A stretch of 64,000 bases of DNA, from positions 59,396,001 through 59,460,000 of the forward strand of contig NC_043002.1 of assembly GCF_006345805.1 (NCBI RefSeq), written 5' to 3'. How positions within the stretch are numbered: position 1 is the stretch's first letter; each line of letters starts with the position of its first letter. Position numbers and translations under genes: made by a program. This DNA comes from Octopus sinensis. Taxonomy: Eukaryota. The notes under the pieces were generated by a model, which saw only the letters and a list, made by a program, of their open reading frames with translations, did not search any database and was not told the DNA's origin. Positions 54,183-64,000 of this stretch are shown here, one piece after another.

Positions 54183-55106
54183 ATGTATGTATCTTCGTGC
54201 ATAAGTGTAATTTCATACACGTATCCATGTCTATATGTATGTATCCATGTCTATATGTATGTATCTTTGACTATATGCATGTACATGTGTGTGTATCTTT
54301 GTACATATGTCTTTATATGTTTATCTACTCGTGTTGGTCTTCATGGTGTGAACTAGTATTCTTTCTGAAAGGAGGTAACTGGTTTCTAACAAAGAAACAG
54401 AAGGTTTATGATTGGAGGCTGGATAGCAACAACGATAATTGTTACATATCGAGTTTTATGGAAGTTTTGCATTTTTTATTTTATTTTATTTAGTGTTCCA
54501 CTTACAGATTTGTATCTGTAAAGTTCGTGTTAGCCTGTCTATTTTTTGTTTGAAAATCTTAGCTTCTTCAGATCGTCACAAATACATTTAATAACATTTC
54601 CGACTGCAGCAATGATCTGTATAAATGTAAGTTTGTAATGAGAATAGAAGAGCTGCAGGTTTCGGATCAGTTCTCCGTAGATACACCTCTCTCTGATGCT
54701 ATAAGTTGTTCGTATCAGAGGATAACTAATCTCTCCAACTTGATGCTCTTTTTTATCCGTTTTTTGTCCGTCCCAAGTAACAATGTCAGATCTATTCGTA
54801 TTTCGCAGATGTTTCGAGGGGAACGTTTCGTCAATATATTGCATGCTCTTACAGGGACGATTACCGAAAGTCTACAAGCATCAGAGAAATAATCGATCTG
54901 TTATGACATGAGTATACGTGTTTGGTGTAAAACGGTATTACACAAATAAATAGCTTGTTCTGGTTATCTAAAAATAACCTTTCATAGAAATACATGTTAA
55001 CACAGAACGCATTCCGTACTGCACGAACGTAGGTACGATACTCAGCATTCACTGTTTAACTACCGACTGTTAACCAAACACGCGTCGAACTAACACCGCC
55101 AATTAC

Positions 55107-55890
55107 TTTTCTTTATTTGAGTACTCAGGCTCATACACAGAGTGAGACGGCACAAGGGCAGACAGAACACCACAGTGGGGACAAAAAACAGAACGAACGA
55201 ATGAAGGTTGAATTATAATAATGGAGGCTGCATGTTCTCCAATCGCAAGTCGTGCCATTTTAAATGTTTTAGTTAAACGTTTTTATATCATTTTTTTTCT
55301 TTGTTCCCCACTTTTTGCATCAGTATTATCGTCATTAAAATTCCAAACATTTACTTACTTTTTTCAACATTTTATGTAAGGTTTTAGCTTCTCATAATCT
55401 ACCACTAGCATCAAGTCATCGAACTCCACACGTACTTCTGCTGGGTCTATCTCATCTCCAACCAATTCTTTCAATCTTGCACATCTATCTCTCTGTCAAG
55501 TACTATTGCCTTGGTTCCGTTGTAAGCTTTACTCTTATTACCGATTTCATTTTGGTTATTCTCTTTTCATTCTCCGTGTTTCTCGAATATATCACCTTAT
55601 GCCATTTCTTTTTTTGTTCTTTTTTTGTTACTTGTTCCTGCATTTCCACTTGATTTTCCACGTTGGTTTCCCTTGTTGATGTTGGAATCTCCGGCTGTGT
55701 CTCTTCCTGTATATTTTCCTTCCTTTTCTTTAGTGGACGCTTTGGCGGTGAGTCCACGATTTTCTTTTTCCTATTTACCCCCGTATATTCATCTTTCACC
55801 TTCTCCGGACACTTCTCACTCACTGGGGTCGCCACTTCGGCGTTTTGCTCCTGCTCGTCACCCTGTTGCTGCTGTTCCTGCTCATCCTCG
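55107..55890 (-). mobile_element. Unidentified retroelement-like remnant: charged ORF followed by a 3' end resembling the Tx1/SINE tail
   Basis: ORF 55503-55835 extends upstream in frame; 3' end CTCTGTGTATGAGCC..AATAAAGAAA. Confidence 0.4.
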
Positions 55891-56175
55891 TCTGCAATCC
55901 CCTTGATTATTATGTGTAGGGCTCATTTGAGCAAGAGACCAACAAAACTCCTTGTAACACCAAAGATGAACTGAAGGCAAGGATTATGGCAGCAACTTAA
56001 ACAAGGTGACCGTCCAGAAGAGTTGCGGGAGATTCCGAAGTCATCTGGAGGCTGAGGTTGAAGCCAATGGCGATTTCATTGAATAAATTTACTCTTTAGT
56101 ATTTCAAGACGCTTCTGTTACAGTGTTATATTGATATTTGCGTAATTTAGACGACAATTCATTCAACGCACCCTG
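55890..56175 (+). mobile_element. Mariner/Tc1-type transposon 3' remnant
   Basis: CNPLDYYV.G..EQETNKTPCNTKDELKARI..CGRFRSHLEAEVEANGDFIE*, then right TIR ..GCACCCTG-TA. Confidence 0.85.
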
Positions 56176-56190
56176 TATAATATATATATA

Positions 56191-56239
<49 letters not shown>

Positions 56240-56242
56240 CAC

Positions 56243-56457
56243 CGTGACCGACCAGGCTATCAGATGTTGCTCACATCGCTGGTTACAATGCGCTTCGCAT
56301 TGTTTTAGCCTTCAAACGACGCCACCACCCCCTGCCGGAGATTCGTGGAGCTTTAGGTGTTTTCGCTCAATAAACACTCACAACGCCCGATCTGGGAATC
56401 GAAACCGCGATCCTACGACCGCGAGTCCGCTGCCTAACCACTGGGCCATTGCGCCTG
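56243..56457 (-). mobile_element. tRNA-derived SINE
   Basis: Reverse complement GGCGCAATGGCCCAGTGGTTAGG..GGTTTCGATTCC (A and B boxes). Confidence 0.82.
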
Positions 56458-56461
56458 CGTG

Positions 56462-56495
<34 letters not shown>

Positions 56496-56501
56496 ATATA
56501 T

Positions 56502-56551
<50 letters not shown>

Positions 56552-56582
56552 TATATATATACATATATATATACATAATATA

Positions 56583-56618
<36 letters not shown>

Positions 56619-56719
56619 CATACATAATTATATATATACTATATATATAAAATTATATACATATATATACATATATATATATATCTACATACATATATAT
56701 ATATATATATACACATGCA

Positions 56720-56755
<36 letters not shown>

Positions 56756-57303
56756 TTAATATATACATATGTATGTATATGTATATATATGTATATATAT
56801 ATATATACAAATATATATGTATATATGAAAGGAAGATAATACTTAGACGTAAATGTTTTTGTCTGTGCGTTGACTGAATGTATGCCACCAATGATGAACT
56901 CAGTAAAGGAACAAGAGTATGACTTCGAGTGAGTGCAGCTTGACAAAAATATTGCTGATCCAACGATGATGCCCGAGTTGTGGAAATAGTCTGCAAAAGT
57001 CGAGTTCCTCCTTCTGTTAGTGTAGTAAGAATATCTTTCTTAAATTACCATGTGTTAAAATAATTGCAGCGTGGAAGATATTTGTAAGCCATTTAAAAGC
57101 ACACAAAACTTGGTATATACATGGCGCTCACATAAACTTGCGGAACCATATTTGAATAATTTGTATTTGACATATTATCTTGATAATTTTCATCTCGAGA
57201 TAACGTAGTTTGACCAAAAGAACCGGCTATTGCAAGCAAAATTATATATTCAAAATAGATGACACATTTCGACATACGGCTGTTCAACATATATCCATAT
57301 ATA

Positions 57304-57369
<66 letters not shown>

Positions 57370-57495
57370 CAATTAAGGATAACTTCTTAATAAGGAATCT
57401 TAACAAGAAATTATCAGGTAGTTAGCGTGAAAAACCTCATAAGAGAAAAATTCGAAAATAATTTTTTTCTTTTGAACATATTTATAATATATATA

Positions 57496-57564
<69 letters not shown>

Positions 57565-58438
57565 CATATACATATACATATACACATACATGTATATAGA
57601 TAGATAGATACATACATACATACATACTACATACATACATACATACATACTACATACATACATACATACATACTAGTGGAGTCAGTCACTAGATCGAGTG
57701 TTTGTGGTTGCATGTTATCTTCAGGAGTCTGAAGTGAAACTCAAAGTAGTGGGAGACTATGTCAACCATAATGAAATAAATCGTTAATCTCATCATTTTC
57801 TACACCGCTTATTGAGTTCTATTTCTTTCCGACAGTCAATACTAAAAATATTGTATGTGTATTTGTGTGTGCGTGAGTATATTGTACATGTATTTCTGTC
57901 TATATTTATGTCTGTAAGAGAGAGAGAGAGAGAGAGAGAGGAGGAGGAGAGGAGCGAGAGGGGAGAGGGAGAAGAAGAGAGAGAGAGAAGACGAGAGAGA
58001 AGAGAGAGAGAGAAGACGAGAGAGAAGAGAGAGAGAGAGAGAGATAACATATGTTTTCTGATCTGACTAGTGTCTTCAAGTCTGCTGCATAAATGTGCCG
58101 ATATTACTGCTAGTATTGCCGTGTATCTTATCATAGTTCTTTAATATAAGCCGTATCAGACAGTTTAAAACCATTATTTACATACATTGGTATCTACTTC
58201 ACCTTAATCTCTTCATTGAACGTATTGGACGTCTGCGCGTGCGTGAAATATATATATACATAAAGTCTAATTGCACAGTGAATCGATATATACATATGTA
58301 TATAGATAGATAGACAGATAGATAAAGGGTGGGTGAGATAGATAGATAGATAGATGTACAGAAAGATAGATAGATAGACAGATAGGTAGATAGGTAGATA
58401 GGTAGAAAGAGATTATTTCATCGATATATAGAAAGAGG

Positions 58439-58476
<38 letters not shown>

Positions 58477-58578
58477 TGTGTGTATATATACATGTATAGG
58501 TTTATATATATATATAGGTGTATATATATATATATATATAGTGTATATATATATAGGTGTATATATATATATATATAG

Positions 58579-58613
<35 letters not shown>

Positions 58614-58914
58614 TATGTGTATATATGTATATGTCTATATTAATAATGTAGAAATATATATACGTATGTGTTTTTAGACTTATGAATCGGTCATTTCCCA
58701 TCAATTGCTCTTCTGTTTCCGTTAATTCTTATTTTCCTTAATTTTGATTGATATATATTTTACTTCAACTTATTCATTCGCCACAATTTTTGATTTTCCC
58801 TTGTTTGTTTACCCCATCACAATTAATATTTGTTATTATTTCACTTTTCACTATATTTTTCAGTATTATTATCGCTAAACCATTTTGCCTTCATCATATA
58901 TATTATTCTTCATC

Positions 58915-59100
58915 TTTTACTTGTTTCCGCCTTTGGACCGCTGCCATTCGAGGGCAACGCCCTGAAAGATTTAACCGAACAAATTCTAGTACTTATTGTC
59001 TTAAGCCTGTTAATCATTCCTTTGCTGTTTTATGTCGACCTGCTAAGTTACGAGGATGTAAACAAGCCAACACTAGTTGTCAACCGATGGTTAGTGTCTA
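58915..59100 (-). mobile_element. Degenerate SINE family A, 3' half
   Basis: CTTTTACTTGTTTC..CTGCTAAGTTACG..GTTGTCAA. Confidence 0.65.
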
Positions 59101-59880
59101 GCACAATTATAAACATACACATACACACATACGCACATACACGTATACTATATACATATATATGTATACATACACACATATAAATATATACAGAGACATA
59201 TATATATACATACAAATATACATATATGCATAAATACATACGTATATATATATATATATATATAGCACTTCCGGGGTTCCGCTCACTATGAAACGTATAC
59301 AGCCCGGATCTTATCTAATGTCATTCCTTAACTCGTGTATTCTTATTCACATACCCGGCAACCCTATTCGCCTACCGTAAAATATGAAAAGAAGTTTTGT
59401 TTATCGTACTTCGATACGATAAACATCGACAACCTTCTGTCTCAATAAATCATTATTGTTCCTGAAAGTTCTTTCTTATATTTACTACGGACTGCTTGAA
59501 GCTAACTTTCTTCCTACATCTCCATCCTTCTATCTTATATATATATATATATATATACATAAGTGTGTGTGTGTGTTTGTGTGATTTCAAGTTTGTAGAA
59601 TCGTGAGTACGTCGGACAAAATGCTTAGCGTCATTTCTTACGTGTCTTTACGTTATGATTTTAAATCCCGCAGATGTCGATAAAATAAAATGCAAATCAA
59701 GTTCCAAAGATCGATTACTACCACTCAGCCTTACAGCGCACCGATGTCCCATTCAAGGCGCTTGCTGAGGTCTCCGTCAATTAGACGCTACAGATACTGT
59801 GTAACAGTCTTATGAGACTTATGATTTGAAAAAAGATGGTGCCCCAGCATGGCCACAGTCTATTGAGTGAAGCAGGTAAA

Positions 59881-59929
<49 letters not shown>

Positions 59930-60920
59930 TGTGTGTGTGTGTGTGTGTGTATGTGTGTATGTGTGTGTAAGCAATAATTATAACGATATATAATATGGAG
60001 AGTTCGATATGATTAAGATTCACTACAATATCCGCCCGCATAATATATTCACACACACACACAACGCTTTTGTCAACATACGATACGTGTACGAATTTGA
60101 ACCGTTTATTTGCATAGTAAGACCGAGATCGCTGATAGTCACTATGTAAACGATGCGTGTTCCTTTAATCGTATAAAGAGTTGGAAGGAAAGCGTGAAAG
60201 AACTGCTCTCAAAGCGTTCGTATTTTATCAAGCGGGACATCAATACACACGCAGTGCTTCCATCTTGATTTTGCATTCATCTTGATTATTTGTTCCAAAT
60301 GCGATCGAATAACAACCGAAACCAACATGTAACTAACAACACAATATTCTCCATTGAACTTGTAACGTATTCAAATTCGAACTGATGGACTAACAGACCT
60401 AACTTCATAGCCGCAAGACAAAATAACGAATGAGACAAATAAACATATGTATTCATTGATAGAAGCAATGTCGGAATCCACACTAATCCATTTGCCTTTA
60501 CCGACAAACCAACGACATACCATTGTACCATCAAAACTGAGGAATTAGAAGAAGAAATAATAGTGGAAAGAATAATAGCCGCCGGCCGTATATAGCAACA
60601 TGCTAAAATTACACAGTAACATAGATTCCATAAAGCAACTTAAAGTACATTTCCTACTGGAGATATTCGTTTCTGTTCAATGACGAAAGTATGTATTTAT
60701 GGGAGTATGTTTGTAGCTATGTTCGAATATATGTGTCTATGTAGGTATTTATGCATGTATGTTTGTATGAATGCAAACAAGTGTGTATGTATGAATACAT
60801 ATATGTATGTAATCAAGTGTGTATGTATGTATGCATGGATTTTTGCGTGTATGCAAATGTATGTAGTCATGTGAATTTATTTGAAGGAATATATTATATC
60901 TATCTGTCTTGCTGTTTAAA

Positions 60921-61018
<98 letters not shown>

Positions 61019-61023
61019 GTCTG

Positions 61024-61069
<46 letters not shown>

Positions 61070-61120
61070 AATCTATCGATCTATCTACCTGTCTGTCTGT
61101 TCTGTGTATATGCTCTTTCG

Positions 61121-61154
<34 letters not shown>

Positions 61155-61288
61155 TACACACACATATAGGTGTGGAAGAAACAAATATTTAATGGTTATA
61201 TTCTTAAATATCAGTATAATACACAAATACATACAAACATACACATGTGTGTACAAATGCATTTATATACTTATACATATACATATAC

Positions 61289-61340
<52 letters not shown>

Positions 61341-62037
61341 GCATATATATGTATATACATACACATATATGAATATATATATATACATACACACATATAT
61401 ATTTACATATATGCACACATACATACATGCATACATACATACATACATAAATGCATACATACATACATACATATAGATACATATACATACACATATATAT
61501 GTATATATGTATGTGTGTATAGTATAATTTGCCATCCTATATTTAAAAAGGATTTAAGTTAAATGCTTTTCTTTCTTCTTCTTTCTATCTAATGTTTACT
61601 GTATACTTCCAACTAGATTCTTACTTTATGTCAATCACAAAAAAATCTTCTTAAAGATAGTTTGTTTTTAGCTACTTTTTCGACTTAATATTTATTTATT
61701 ATATATTTTTTAATGAATTCGTTCCTATATATTTGAGAGGGACTTACTTACTCTACCAAGTATACATCATAACGTGTATAGGTCCATTGTTATTTTTATC
61801 TATATTTTTTATATTTATTATGTTTGTTTAATTATTGTTTATGTACATCTTCAGATCTTTACTGTTTGAATTTACGCTATTGTTCTCTCTTTCATTGGTG
61901 CTTCTTCTTTCTCCACCTCTCTCTCTCACTTTGTCTCTCTACCTACTTGGCGGCGTGTTATTTCTCTCTCTACTTTGAATCTGTATATATATAATTCATC
62001 ATTTTTCTGTACCTTCTGTCTTTCTCTTCCTGTAAAG

Positions 62038-62113
<76 letters not shown>

Positions 62114-62595
62114 CAGATATATAAGCGTATAAATATATGCACATATATAGTATTTACTAATACTTTAGGGAAAAGATTGTAAAGACCACTGTATGTATGC
62201 CTGTCTGTATGTATGTATGTGTATATGTATGTATATATATGTATATATATATATATATATGCATACATATGTACATACAAACATACATATGTACATGCAC
62301 GCATATTTAATTCCATATATATATGTATATATACACATACACATACACATACACTCGAACACATATATAGACGCGCATACATATATTTTTTTTATATATT
62401 TACATTTTTTCTCCTATTCTTTAGTCTTCACGCCAAATCTCATCTGGAAAGCATTCACTTTAAACACAGTAACTTATTCCGTTTTTTTTTTGCTATTTCT
62501 TATTTCATTTATTTTATTTTTTTCGTCAGAAGGAAGATGTAATTGTGTTTCTGGTCACATTCAAAATGTCCGCCATGAACAACGTAATCACTCAC

Positions 62596-62672
62596 CTGGT
62601 TTGGCGGCAGTAATGATTTGACTCAATTATCTCAACTGACAGCATTGTGTTTGCGTTAAGCCCTCTTATTGT
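62596..62672 (-). other. Candidate 77-nt coding exon TIRGLNANTMLSVEIIESNHYCRQT (unverified)
   Basis: ttcttttttattgtattcag|ACAA..CCAG|gtgagt; strong splice sites; only one frame open. Confidence 0.35.
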
Positions 62673-62721
62673 CTGAATACAATAAAAAAGAAATACCTCA
62701 CATTCAGTTCAATGATTTTGA

Positions 62722-62735
62722 CCACTAGATGGCGT
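62722..62735 (+). promoter_or_regulatory. CTCF-like motif
   Basis: CCACTAGATGGCGT matches CCASYAGRKGGCR; motif match only. Confidence 0.3.
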
Positions 62736-63394
62736 CATAGAGCAAACGATGTTTCTTCCTTTAGAAAGAAAAACTACAAAAGAAGCCAAAAACAAATACA
62801 ATGAAAATGAAATAAAATATAAAAGAAATATACAAAGAAAGAACCTTATCGCTTTTGTTCGGTCACCATATTTCTCACCTTATGCCAAGTTCCAAGAAAA
62901 TTCTTACCAATTTTACCCAGGTAGGCCAACAGAGATCTATCTTCCTCTTGGTATTGGCACAAAAATGAAGGCAACGCTACGTTGTGTCCATATGGTTTCT
63001 TTTTGTAAAAGTCAAAGGTTGTAAATATTGCCGAACATCACATGAACACTTCCGAGTATAACATTCACGCACCAAATAACACAAAAGGATATATATACAT
63101 ATATACGTAGACGTATACATATCTGTGTGTTTGTGTCAATGAAGGTGTGTGCGCATGTAAACACACACACACAAACACATTTTGTTTTTCTCTCTCGCAT
63201 ACATACACACACGTATATATATGTATTCGACCTTATAATTTCAAAATGTGTATTCGAGGTTATTCAGAGAATATAAATATGCGTGCACACATCAACATAT
63301 TATTTACTTTCATATCCATGGGTATATCTGAATATATATGTCTGTACATACCTATGTTATACATACATACATACATATATGCAAACATGTATAT

Positions 63395-63445
<51 letters not shown>

Positions 63446-63707
63446 TTATTTATACATATGTGTGTGTATATAAAAACACATATGACACGTATACATTTAT
63501 GCTTGGTCGTTAAGTATATGCAAAATATATTGCATACGATGTGCATAAACGTGTATATCTTTGTTAAGAAGCATGTCGTTGCATATAAAAGCAAAATATT
63601 ACTCGTATACATCAGCACAAACATATACACATCTCTCTCTTTCTCTTGATGTATATATATATTTATTCTTATACATGTATATGGACATAGATATCTATCA
63701 ATCTATC

Positions 63708-63738
<31 letters not shown>

Positions 63739-63739
63739 C

Positions 63740-63772
<33 letters not shown>

Positions 63773-63865
63773 GTATATATATATATTGTATGTATGTATA
63801 AATGCGCGAGTATACATATATGCATAGATACATAAATAAATATGCATATATGTATATTTATATAT

Positions 63866-63957
<92 letters not shown>

Positions 63958-64000
63958 GGGGGATACTTGCGTGCATACATTCAAAAATATACATTTTACG

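Noticed and set aside
56847-56990. In-frame TGA in ..EQEYDFE*VQLDKNIADP.. as selenocysteine or readthrough
   Set aside because: No homolog recognised, no SECIS seen, and the opposite strand has equally long open frames.
60286-60600. Longer ORFs on either strand as a membrane-protein exon
   Set aside because: Several frames look equally protein-like; no motif discriminates between them.

Overview
Gene-poor, extremely microsatellite-rich eukaryotic window. The SINE repertoire and (TA)/(CA)/(CTAT)/(TAA) density suggest a coleoid cephalopod, probably Octopus (inference, not checked). No intact protein-coding gene is supported, and most ORFs in the track are translations of simple repeats. Main content: (i) a near full-length but disabled Tx1/L1-clade LINE (ORF1 with CCHC knuckle; ORF2 APE-RT-zinc finger) plus four 5'-truncated relatives, nearly all embedded in (CTAT)n; (ii) tRNA-derived SINE families, one sharing its 3' tail with that Tx1 LINE; (iii) R4/Dong-like RLE LINE remnants abutting (TAA)n; (iv) an RTE LINE remnant, a Tigger/pogo remnant, mariner remnants and Penelope-like remnants; (v) several hammerhead-ribozyme motifs, including a 497-nt tandem unit with one hammerhead per monomer (retrozyme-like); (vi) a 4.3-kb duplication-inversion-duplication that may be an assembly artefact; (vii) a coiled-coil pseudogene fragment and a few unverified candidate small exons.
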